A DNA stretch of 64,000 bases, from assembly GCA_944367185.1 (NCBI GenBank), contig CALVWM010000001.1:3189-67188 (forward strand), given 5' to 3'. How positions within the stretch are numbered: position 1 is the stretch's first letter; each line of letters begins with the position of its first letter. The position numbers and the translations under genes were made by a program. The notes beneath the pieces are model-generated. The model saw nothing but the letters and a program-made list of their open reading frames with translations. It did no database searches and was not told the DNA's origin. This document shows, one piece after another, positions 14,335 through 23,232 of this stretch. Source of the DNA: an uncultured Clostridia bacterium (lineage in GTDB: Bacteria > Bacillota > Clostridia > Christensenellales > Borkfalkiaceae).

Positions 14335-17300
14335 TCAGACAACTTCTTCCGTATATACGTACGAACCGAAGGAAACGGAATTTTCCGTAAAATCCCATAC
14401 GCTGCCGAAGGAGGTCAACGCATCCTCTTTTGCCATATACAGTTCGGAATAAGAGCCGACTCCATAAACATCATAACCCGCTACGAGATTATTAAAATTC
14501 CGTGCAAGATAGGGCGTCTCGTCCGCTTTTGCACTGCCCGCCGCACCGTTCTGCACTGCGCCGAACACATACAGCGAATCTGCAACACTGTTCTCGTATG
14601 CAAGTCCGTAAGCCGCATGACGGTCTGTCGCGGAGACGGAGCTCGCACAGATACGGATAATAATCTTTTCCAGATGCGCGCCGCCTTTCACGATGAACGC
14701 CAGAGTTCCGAAACGATCTATTTGCGGCATATCCGCCATCTCGATATAGACGTTGCTGACCGTTCCGCCGGCAATGGCCCGCGTCAAAAATCCGGTATTC
14801 TTTGCATTCGCGCCTGCAAAACTGTTGGCGTGTTCCTCACCCGTCTCCGGAACGATAAATTTTCCTCCCGTCACGGTTTTTCCGCCGATCACGGCAACGT
14901 TTTTCAGAACGGACTGCGACGTCAGGATCCCGAACATTCCGCCAGCGCCCGCCTGAACGTTATAGATCGCATGGCCTCTTCCGTCCAAAGTTCCGTACCA
15001 TCCAAGGTGCGCCATTTCATCGCCGGAAGGAGCGCCCGTTCCGTCATCGGTCCACCCGGGGCTCATAGTAAATTCAAAATATTCGCCGCCCTTATTGATA
15101 TCTGCCGCAAGTACAAAATATCCGTCACGATACTGCGACGTATCGGTCGACGCTGCCTGTCCCGCCTTGGTTCCCTTGTAATACTTGCTTTGAATAAGTC
15201 TGAACTCGTCAAGGTCATTGATGACCATCGTTACGAACAAGAACTGCTGTTCATAAACTTTATCCTCTGTTTCCATGATCAGCCGATAGGTCTGCCCTAC
15301 CGAGAGATCGGCAAGCGCATTCTCTGCAACCGTATATTGCCCATCCGAGAAACTGAACGCAGCAGAATAATCCTCACCGTCGATCAGTACCGCGGAGGCA
15401 GGGCTGGCTACGCCGCCGTATGTGAATCCGGCAAGCTCGAAATCGAATGTCCCCGAGAGAATTTCATGCGGTTTCTCCGTGATCGTAATATCTCCTGCAA
15501 TCTCCGCGCCGGAAATGCGGTACGTTGTTTCGTTGATTTTTTCAACGGGAATCACGCTCCCGTCCGCATCGGTCACGATAACTGCAAGGTAGTAATCCTC
15601 CGCTGCGACGTCTGCCGTAAACCGGTAATCCACATCGGGATACGCTTCTGTGTTTCCGGAGAATGTGACGTTGTCCGTATCCGTAAACTCAACGCGGTAT
15701 GCAGCGGACTGCGTCACCGTAACGGTGACAACGATATCGCCGGTGACGGCTTCTCCTGCAATGGTATAAAGACCATCTTTCGGTTCGATCGGATATTCGA
15801 TCCCGCCAATCGTTACGGTAGCAATCGCCGACATTCCGTCCGACGGAGCGTTGACTCTGAAAGTAATATCCTGTCCGAGCAATACAGTATTGCCATCCGT
15901 TACTCCTGTAATATCCGAAATGAGTTCGTTTTCATCTGTAACGCTGAATGCGTACTTCGCCTCTTCATATACAGCATACAGCGTGACCTTCCCCTCAGAG
16001 TCAGGCTTCCCGACTAAGGGAACGCCGCCTGCCGTATCTATCGGCTCTCCATTCGGCTCCGTCGCCCATCCGACGAACCTGTATCCGATCTGAGCTTTCG
16101 GTACGGGAAGCACAGCATCGGAATACGCCTTGACCGCCATTTCGGAAAACGTTTCTCCCGTATTTCCCGTCGCCGTATTATCAAATACGAACGTCCTGTT
16201 CAAATCGAATATACCGTCCGGCGTAACCGTCGCATAAGGCTGTTCGGGCCATGTCCCGACCTTTTCCCCATTCGTATAGAACCATATCGTCCCGCCGTCC
16301 GTATCTTTTCCGTCAAACGCGTTCGTATCTCCGCTCTCGCCGATCTGATCGCAGCGGTGACGGAAAAGGACATACAAATCGGAATATACGTCGCTGCCGT
16401 CGGATTGCTGCGGCAGATCCATAATCCCGTTCGGGATATAAATCTCGTATGTGGTGACGAAATATCCGTTGCTGCCTGCAACAAGCCCCGCGGCATTCCC
16501 CTGCGTTTTTGTCGTAAAACTGCCCGCATAGGATTTATCGATCAAAACAGCCGTCGTGAGCCCCTTCAAGAAATAGTCATATTTATTGTCAGAGTCTGCG
16601 ATATGCCCGTCGGGATACAATCTGTAATTGACATATTTCTGATAGGTCGGACTGTACCAGCCGAATTGCACGTGATCGACGATGTCCGGACAGCCGGAAG
16701 GAGAGGCGCCGTTGAAGTACACGACCGTATTCGTGCGGACCTGAACGGCGAGATACATTCCGTCGTCCGTGCGCTTCCCGTACAACTTCATATAATTTTC
16801 ATTCGAGCCGTTCGTGTATTCGAGCGCATGACTTCCGTATTCATTTTCAGAAATCACGCCGTCCACACCGTCTTTTGCAATCGCGCTTTCAATGCCGCCG
16901 ACGGATATAATGCTTGTGTTTGCGGCGTCATCCGTACCCTTGCCGATCTCTCCGACTGGCATTCCCCAGCTGCCGTGATAGGAGTAACTGTACTGAGCAT
17001 TCGGAGAATAAACCGTATCCTGATACGACTTATGATTGTTGAAGTTGATGATGAGCATGCCGACGTAAACACGCGTATCGGCAAGATTTTCCGCCGAAAA
17101 ATCTGCTGCCGTGTAACCGAGGTCAGCGTTCAGAATCGCGCTGACAGGCATCAGACCTTCCAGCGTATATTCATACGCGCCCGACTCTCCCGAAACCTTG
17201 GCGACTGCGCGGCTTGTGTCCGTTCCGCCGATATACCCGTCCACATTCACACCGAAGTACTGTCCGGCAGAACTTTTTGCGCTTCCGTCCTTTCTGCCAA

Positions 17301-20300
17301 GCTGGAAGCGGATCCCGTCCGAGAATAATACGTTTGCGCCGCCGTCGCGGTGGATAGAATACTGTTTTGCTTCGAGTTTGAAAAGAATCCCCTCTTCCGT
17401 GAGCGTAGCATATACTTTATATTCGTTTCCGTTGGCAAACTGATCGGCGATCACATAGGGCGTCACACCGTCATAGACAGAGGGGTCCGCAACATACTTC
17501 TCACCGGAGATCGCAATGTCATCCGTGACATACTCGGAATCGAGAACAAAGACTCCGCGCACGTCGTCATATTCAAGTTTCTGCTCCCGAGTTCCGATCT
17601 TCGCCGTGATGTCGTACACATAACTGTCTGCATCGGAAATACGTACAACGTAATCCTGACCGTATGTCGCCTCGGGAAGGTCGCTCAGTTCAAAACCGGA
17701 CGTCTCTCCGACGGTCACCGTGAACTGTTCCGCCGTTAAAACCGCATACAACGTAACGGTGTCTCCGTCAATGACCGTCAGATTGCGCACGGTTGCTCCG
17801 TCGTCATACGCTTTTTCTCCGTTCGGCGTGAGAGACCAGCCCTCAAATGTATAATGCTCGGGAACAAACCCGTCAAGAGACCCGACATCCGTCAGCGTGA
17901 CGTCCTGACCGTACTCTGCCGATAGCGTTTGCGCAAACGTCTCCTCTCCGTTGTCAAATTCAATGGTATATCTGACCGCGCGAACCGTCGCCGATACGGT
18001 AATCGCTTTATCGGTTACTGCAAAAGAATATGTGCCGTTCTCGCCCGTAACGGGAACGGGACTCCCGCCTTCCTGCGTTACGGATACTTCCGTTATGACA
18101 TATCCTTGCTCCGCGTTTACGGTGAACGTAAACGGCGCGTGCTTTTCGGCAAGCAATCCGCTCTCGCCATAGGATACGTGTTCCGCCTGCCGATAAGTTA
18201 CTTTGACGTGGCTGATCGAAACCGTTACGGTGACCGCGATATCGCCGGTGACGGCTTCTCCTGCAATGGTATAAAGACCATCTTTCGGTTCGATCGGATA
18301 TTCGATCCCGCCGATCGTCACGGTAACGATCGCCACTCCTTCCGTCGGCTCGCCGATTCGGAATGTAATCTCCTGCCCGAGCGACGCAACGTTCTCCGTT
18401 ACTCCTGTAATATCCGAAATGAGTTCGTTTTCATCTGTAACGCTGAATGCGTACTTCGCCTCTTCATATACAGCATACAGCGTGACCTTCCCCTCAGAGT
18501 CAGGCTTCCCGACTAAGGGAACGCCGCCTGCCGTATCTATCGGCTCTCCATTCGGCTCCGTCGCCCATCCGACGAACCTGTATCCGATCTGAGCTTTCGG
18601 TACGGGAAGCACAGCATCGGAATACGCCTTGACCGCCATTTCGGAAAACGTTTCTCCCGTATTTCCCGTCGCCGTATTATCAAATACGAACGTCCTGTTC
18701 AAATCGAATATACCGTCCGGCGTAACCGTCGCATAAGGCTGTTCGGGCCACGCCCCGACATTTTCTCCATTCGTATAGAACCATGTCGTCCCGCCGCTCG
18801 TATCTTTTCCGTCAAACGCATTCGTATCTCCGCTCTCGCCGATCTGATCGCAGCGGTGACGGAAAAGGACATACAGATCGGAATATACGTCGCTGCCGTC
18901 GGATTGCTGCGGCAGATCCATAATCCCGTTCGGGATATAAATTTCATATGTGGTGACAAAATATCCGTTATCGCCTGCAACAAGCCCCGCGGCATTCCCC
19001 TGCGTTTTTGTCGTAAAACTGCCCGCATTGGATTTATCGATCAAAACAGCCGTCGTGAGCCCCTTCAAGAAATAGTCATATTTTTGGTCAGAGTCTGCGA
19101 TATGCCCGTCCGGATACAATCTGTAATTTACATATTTCTGATAGGTCGGGCTGTACCAGCCGAATTGCATGTAATCGACATTCTCCGGACAACCGGAAGG
19201 AGAGGCGCCGTTGAAGTACACGACCGTATTCGTGCGGACCTGAACGGCGAGATACATTCCGTCGTCCGTGCGCTTCCCGTACAACTTCATATAATTTGCA
19301 TTCGAGCCGTTCGTGTATTCGAGCGCATGACTTCCGTATTCATTTTCAGAAATCACGCCGTCCACTCCGTCTTTTGCGATCACGCTTTCAATGCCGCCGA
19401 CGGAAATAATACTTGTGTTTGCGGCGTCATCCGTACCCTTTCCGATCTCTCCGACGGGCATTCCCCAGCTGCCGTTATAGGAGTAACGATACTGGGCATT
19501 CGGAGAATAAACCGTATCCTGATACGACTTATGATTGTTGAAGTTGATGATGAGCATACCGACGTAAACCCGCGTATTGGCAAGATTTTCCGCCGAAAAG
19601 TCTGCCGCCGTGTAACCGAGGTCAGCGTTCAGAATTGCGCTGACAGGCATCAGACCTTCCAGCGTATATTCATACGCGCCCGACTCTCCCGAGACCTTGG
19701 CGACTGCGCGGCTTGTGTCCGTTCCGCCGATATACCCGTCCACATTTACGCCGAAATACTGTCCGGCAGAACTTTTTGCGCTTCCGTCCTTTCTGCCAAG
19801 CTGGAAACGAATGCCATCCGAAAACAATACGTTTTCGCCGCCGGCGCGGTGGAGCGAATGCTGTTTTGCATCCAACCTGAACAGAATCCCCTCTTCCGTA
19901 AGCGTTGCATATACTTTGTACTCGTTTCCGTTGGCAAACTGATCGGCAATCACATAGGGTGTGACGTTTTCATATACGGCAGGATCCGCAACATATTTCT
20001 CGCCGGAGAGCAGAACGTCGTCCGTTACATATTCCGCGTCCAAAACAAACCCGCCGCGTTCGTCATCATAGGTAAGCGCATATTCCTGTCCGGCGACGCT
20101 TGCTTCGATTTCGTAAAAATAGCTGTCCGAATCGGCAAGGCGCACAATATAATCTCTGCCATATGTCGCCCGATCGAGTCCCGAAAATTCAAAACCCGAC
20201 GTTGTATCGGCAGTCACTTCATACGTTTCCGCTTCCAGAACGGCGTATAACGTTACAGTCTCCCCATCGTTGGAAGTAAGATTCAGCACGTTAGCTCCGT

Positions 20301-21276
20301 CGGTATATATTACTTCCCCGTTCGGAGCAAGCGCCCAGCCGGCAAATGTATAGTGTTCCGGAACAAATCCCGAAAGCGAATCGACCTTCGGCAAGGAAAC
20401 GCTCACATCGTAATTTGCCGATATGGTTTCGGAGAATGTTTCCTCTCCGTTATCAAATTCTATGGTATACCTGACCGCGCGAACCGTCGCCGATACGGTA
20501 ATCGCTTTATCGGTTACAGCAAAAGAATATGTGCCGTTCTCGCCCGCAACGGGAACGGGACTCCCGCCTTCCTGCGTTACGGATACTTCCGTTATGACAT
20601 ATCCTTGCTCCGCGTTTACGGTGAACGTAAACGGCGCGTTCTTTTCGGCAAACAATCCGCTCTCGCCATAGGATACGTGTTCCGCCTGCCGATACGTTAC
20701 TTTGACGTGGCTGATCGAAACCGTTACGGAAATATCCCCGACGATCTCTTCGCCTTCGATCGTATATACGTTTTCAACAGGCTGCACGTCGATCGGCGAT
20801 CCGCCGACCGAAACGAGAACGGTCGCAGAGATCTCGCCCGTTTCCACGAGCGTAAACGAATAATCCGTCCCATAGACCGCATTCGGCGCGCCCTCGGTCA
20901 GGCTGACCGCGTCGCCCGCAAGATTGCTGTAAGTCACCGAGTATGTGTTTGGCGTCCATTTTGCATACAACGTGACGTCCGAAACGGCATCTGCCGCAAT
21001 GGACGTGACGGCTTCTCCCGAAAAATCGCTTGTCGTGTACCAGCCGGCAAAGGTGTTTCCCGCCTTGGTCGGGACGGGCAGCGAGGAAAGCCCGATGCCC
21101 TCTTCAAACGCGCCGAGGGCGTCCCCTTCTCCGCCGTTCAGAACGTACGTGATCTTATACGACGTTACAGGTTCATTCTCGTTCGTCTGATCTTCGGGCG
21201 TGCAGCCGGCAAACGCAGCCATGATCCCGCACATCAACAACAGGGCAAGCAACAACTTCTTTCCTTTCGCTCTCAT
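14335..21276 (-). CDS. giant surface lipoprotein (2313 aa) with Listeria-Bacteroides (InlB B / Flg_new) repeats, CBM-like modules and a C-terminal module shared with the next gene
   Basis: The ATG at 21276 is preceded by AAGGGAG. Other features: lipobox LMCGIMAAFAGC; repeated GxxFxGW...LYAxW units; and an 833-aa unit present twice. Confidence 0.8.
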   Translation of the reverse strand: MRAKGKKLLLALLLMCGIMAAFAGCTPEDQTNENEPVTSYKITYVLNGGEGDALGAFEEGIGLSSLPVPTKAGNTFAGWYTTSDFSGEAVTSIAADAVSDVTLYAKWTPNTYSVTYSNLAGDAVSLTEGAPNAVYGTDYSFTLVETGEISATVLVSVGGSPIDVQPVENVYTIEGEEIVGDISVTVSISHVKVTYRQAEHVSYGESGLFAEKNAPFTFTVNAEQGYVITEVSVTQEGGSPVPVAGENGTYSFAVTDKAITVSATVRAVRYTIEFDNGEETFSETISANYDVSVSLPKVDSLSGFVPEHYTFAGWALAPNGEVIYTDGANVLNLTSNDGETVTLYAVLEAETYEVTADTTSGFEFSGLDRATYGRDYIVRLADSDSYFYEIEASVAGQEYALTYDDERGGFVLDAEYVTDDVLLSGEKYVADPAVYENVTPYVIADQFANGNEYKVYATLTEEGILFRLDAKQHSLHRAGGENVLFSDGIRFQLGRKDGSAKSSAGQYFGVNVDGYIGGTDTSRAVAKVSGESGAYEYTLEGLMPVSAILNADLGYTAADFSAENLANTRVYVGMLIINFNNHKSYQDTVYSPNAQYRYSYNGSWGMPVGEIGKGTDDAANTSIISVGGIESVIAKDGVDGVISENEYGSHALEYTNGSNANYMKLYGKRTDDGMYLAVQVRTNTVVYFNGASPSGCPENVDYMQFGWYSPTYQKYVNYRLYPDGHIADSDQKYDYFLKGLTTAVLIDKSNAGSFTTKTQGNAAGLVAGDNGYFVTTYEIYIPNGIMDLPQQSDGSDVYSDLYVLFRHRCDQIGESGDTNAFDGKDTSGGTTWFYTNGENVGAWPEQPYATVTPDGIFDLNRTFVFDNTATGNTGETFSEMAVKAYSDAVLPVPKAQIGYRFVGWATEPNGEPIDTAGGVPLVGKPDSEGKVTLYAVYEEAKYAFSVTDENELISDITGVTENVASLGQEITFRIGEPTEGVAIVTVTIGGIEYPIEPKDGLYTIAGEAVTGDIAVTVTVSISHVKVTYRQAEHVSYGESGLLAEKHAPFTFTVNAEQGYVITEVSVTQEGGSPVPVTGENGTYSFAVTDKAITVSATVRAVRYTIEFDNGEETFAQTLSAEYGQDVTLTDVGSLDGFVPEHYTFEGWSLTPNGEKAYDDGATVRNLTVIDGDTVTLYAVLTAEQFTVTVGETSGFELSDLPEATYGQDYVVRISDADSYVYDITAKIGTREQKLEYDDVRGVFVLDSEYVTDDIAISGEKYVADPSVYDGVTPYVIADQFANGNEYKVYATLTEEGILFKLEAKQYSIHRDGGANVLFSDGIRFQLGRKDGSAKSSAGQYFGVNVDGYIGGTDTSRAVAKVSGESGAYEYTLEGLMPVSAILNADLGYTAADFSAENLADTRVYVGMLIINFNNHKSYQDTVYSPNAQYSYSYHGSWGMPVGEIGKGTDDAANTSIISVGGIESAIAKDGVDGVISENEYGSHALEYTNGSNENYMKLYGKRTDDGMYLAVQVRTNTVVYFNGASPSGCPDIVDHVQFGWYSPTYQKYVNYRLYPDGHIADSDNKYDYFLKGLTTAVLIDKSYAGSFTTKTQGNAAGLVAGSNGYFVTTYEIYIPNGIMDLPQQSDGSDVYSDLYVLFRHRCDQIGESGDTNAFDGKDTDGGTIWFYTNGEKVGTWPEQPYATVTPDGIFDLNRTFVFDNTATGNTGETFSEMAVKAYSDAVLPVPKAQIGYRFVGWATEPNGEPIDTAGGVPLVGKPDSEGKVTLYAVYEEAKYAFSVTDENELISDITGVTDGNTVLLGQDITFRVNAPSDGMSAIATVTIGGIEYPIEPKDGLYTIAGEAVTGDIVVTVTVTQSAAYRVEFTDTDNVTFSGNTEAYPDVDYRFTADVAAEDYYLAVIVTDADGSVIPVEKINETTYRISGAEIAGDITITEKPHEILSGTFDFELAGFTYGGVASPASAVLIDGEDYSAAFSFSDGQYTVAENALADLSVGQTYRLIMETEDKVYEQQFLFVTMVINDLDEFRLIQSKYYKGTKAGQAASTDTSQYRDGYFVLAADINKGGEYFEFTMSPGWTDDGTGAPSGDEMAHLGWYGTLDGRGHAIYNVQAGAGGMFGILTSQSVLKNVAVIGGKTVTGGKFIVPETGEEHANSFAGANAKNTGFLTRAIAGGTVSNVYIEMADMPQIDRFGTLAFIVKGGAHLEKIIIRICASSVSATDRHAAYGLAYENSVADSLYVFGAVQNGAAGSAKADETPYLARNFNNLVAGYDVYGVGSYSELYMAKEDALTSFGSVWDFTENSVSFGSYVYTEEVV
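15716..18214. repeat. tandem repeat copy B (period 2499 nt) inside the giant lipoprotein gene
   Basis: Aligns nucleotide-for-nucleotide with 18215-20713 at an offset of exactly 2499 nt. The ORF-track shadow ORFs recur at that offset (16200/18699, 16357/18856, and ends 16017/18516). Confidence 0.9.
18215..20729. repeat. tandem repeat copy A (period 2499 nt) inside the giant lipoprotein gene
   Basis: See copy B. About 350 nt (roughly 18396-18750 versus 15897-16251) show no difference by eye, while other segments are clearly diverged. Confidence 0.9.
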
Positions 21277-21300
21277 GTTTTTCTCCCTTATCAAATTTCA

Positions 21301-23232
21301 TTAAATCGAGCTTAAAAGTGCGCTTTCATCAACCGTATAGGAACCGAAAGAAATCTTGTTCTCCTGAAAATCCCAGAACTCCCCGAATCCGTCGCGATCG
21401 ATCGCAGCGTTCAAATCCGCAAACGATGAAACGACCTGATAAACGGTTGCAACTCCGTATTGCACGGAATTCACCGCCGATAAGTTGCCTTTGGAAACGC
21501 CGTACGAATTGACAAGATTCCCGCGCGGCGCGGAAACTTCGATCGGATTGCCCGCAACCTCATTCACCATGACAGACGGCTGACTGGAATCGCTTGTTCT
21601 GTTCTGTCCGGAAAGAACAATACACACGGTATTGGAAATTTTTCCATATAGGGTCGTACAGATTCCCGCTTTCCCGTAAAGAGACGCCCCTACGGGAAGG
21701 CTTTCAACCGCGACCAGAACATTGTCCACCGTGCCGACCACGATTTCCGCCACAAGTCCGCTGTTCGATCCGTTATTGCCGTCGGTGCCGTCATGTATCT
21801 TCGCATTGACAAAGGCAACGTTTTTGACGACGCTGTTAAATTCGATGTTGCCGAACAGTCCGCGTTTCTCCGCTTGGATATTGCTGATCACGTGTCCCCG
21901 TCCATCAAACACGCCGTACCATCCGCGCTGCGCGCGCCAAGGCGCTTCCGCTCCTCCAGAATGGATACTGCTGTTTACATTGCGGGGGTCAACGCCAAAC
22001 GTCTGCCCCTCAAAGTCAAGATCGGCATTCAGGATAAAATACCCGTCGCGTAAAGGATCGTCATTCTCGGCGTTTCCGTTTTCGCCTCCCTTGAAGTACA
22101 CCGTTTTGATCTGCATAAATTCATTTACGTTGTCGATAATAAGCGACGCGCAGACAATCGGCACGTAAACGATAAAATCTTTTGTTTCAACGGTCAAGGT
22201 CCGTTCCCCGATCGGAATACGAGAAGGATCGAGAATAATCCAACCATTTACGACTCTGCGAATCCCAATCGCGTTTTCAGATACCGACACGGCGATCTCT
22301 TCCGATGCCGCAGGAAGATAATCCTGATATGCTGTCAGGTCGATTACGACAGAAGCCGCGTCCTGCTCGGTATCCGCAGACTGCGTGATCGTTGCGGACG
22401 GTTTCAGAATTTCAACGGCGATTTCTTCCGTTACATCGTTCAGCGTTGCCGTTACGGTTGTTTTTCCCGCATTCTTTGCAGTTATTGTACCGTTTGCGAC
22501 TGTCGCAACGCTTTCATCCGCGCTATGCCAGACAACATTTCCCGAAAGATTCGTAAAAATACCGATCTCCGCACTCGTCGGCAGCCCCTCCCCGAAAATA
22601 TCGGAGGAATACAGCGTAACGCTCTGCGATTCAGGAAAAAAATACCCGCCGTCTACAATTTCTACGCCGACATCCTTGCTCAGCGTAATGCCGGCATATT
22701 CCGCCTTGACCGTAACCGTTGCGTTCCCGACCGAAACGCCCGTAAGCGTTCCGTCCGACAGGGTCACGGCGCTGCTGTCCGACGAGAACGAGTACTGCGC
22801 CACGACCTGCTCATCCGCATAATATACCTGAGGAGAGAGATCGAACTCCTGTCCGACGGGAATTTTCAGCTGCTCGTCGGCAGTATTCAGAACAGGCTCT
22901 TCCGTATTGGCGCGCACATTCAGCTGCATCGTCGCGCTCGAATTTCCCGCCTGCACCGTGACCGTTGCGCTTCCGACGCCGACTGCCGTAAGCAGTCCGT
23001 CCTGAGAAACGGTTGCAATGCTTTCGTCGGAACAGGAATAGATCAGATCCCCGTCGTAATTCTCATCGGTCACCGCTTCAAGGGAATGCTGTGTGAATCG
23101 TTCAACCGACATTGTTTTCTGCGGGAACGACACGGTCGTTTCGCCGCCCTCATCGGCACAGCCTGCAAACAAAGAACATGATAAAACCGCAGCAAATACG
23201 CATGCCAGACATTTTTTCATGACCTTTACCAT
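21301..23232 (-). CDS. surface lipoprotein with Big_2 (bacterial Ig-like) domains and the shared C-terminal module
   Basis: 643 aa. Features: lipobox SLFAGC; repeated IATVSQDGLLTAVGVGSATVTV-type Big_2 segments; and a C-terminal GWYGVFDGRGHVISNI...FWDFQENKISFGSY paralogous to the end of the giant protein. Confidence 0.7.
   Translation of the reverse strand: MVKVMKKCLACVFAAVLSCSLFAGCADEGGETTVSFPQKTMSVERFTQHSLEAVTDENYDGDLIYSCSDESIATVSQDGLLTAVGVGSATVTVQAGNSSATMQLNVRANTEEPVLNTADEQLKIPVGQEFDLSPQVYYADEQVVAQYSFSSDSSAVTLSDGTLTGVSVGNATVTVKAEYAGITLSKDVGVEIVDGGYFFPESQSVTLYSSDIFGEGLPTSAEIGIFTNLSGNVVWHSADESVATVANGTITAKNAGKTTVTATLNDVTEEIAVEILKPSATITQSADTEQDAASVVIDLTAYQDYLPAASEEIAVSVSENAIGIRRVVNGWIILDPSRIPIGERTLTVETKDFIVYVPIVCASLIIDNVNEFMQIKTVYFKGGENGNAENDDPLRDGYFILNADLDFEGQTFGVDPRNVNSSIHSGGAEAPWRAQRGWYGVFDGRGHVISNIQAEKRGLFGNIEFNSVVKNVAFVNAKIHDGTDGNNGSNSGLVAEIVVGTVDNVLVAVESLPVGASLYGKAGICTTLYGKISNTVCIVLSGQNRTSDSSQPSVMVNEVAGNPIEVSAPRGNLVNSYGVSKGNLSAVNSVQYGVATVYQVVSSFADLNAAIDRDGFGEFWDFQENKISFGSYTVDESALLSSI

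Noticed and set aside
14617-20250. Plus-strand ORFs inside the giant lipoprotein gene (14617-16017, 16357-17328, 17929-18516, 18856-20250, 20353-21315)
   Set aside because: They are antisense shadow ORFs. Their pairwise similarity simply mirrors the 2499-nt tandem duplication of the real minus-strand gene, which made them useful only for mapping the repeat.
15716-20729. Possibility that the repeated DNA is a CRISPR array or an IS-type repeat
   Set aside because: The period is 2499 nt, both copies are fully coding and in frame within one ORF, and there are no short repeat-spacer units. No CRISPR-like array was seen anywhere in the window.
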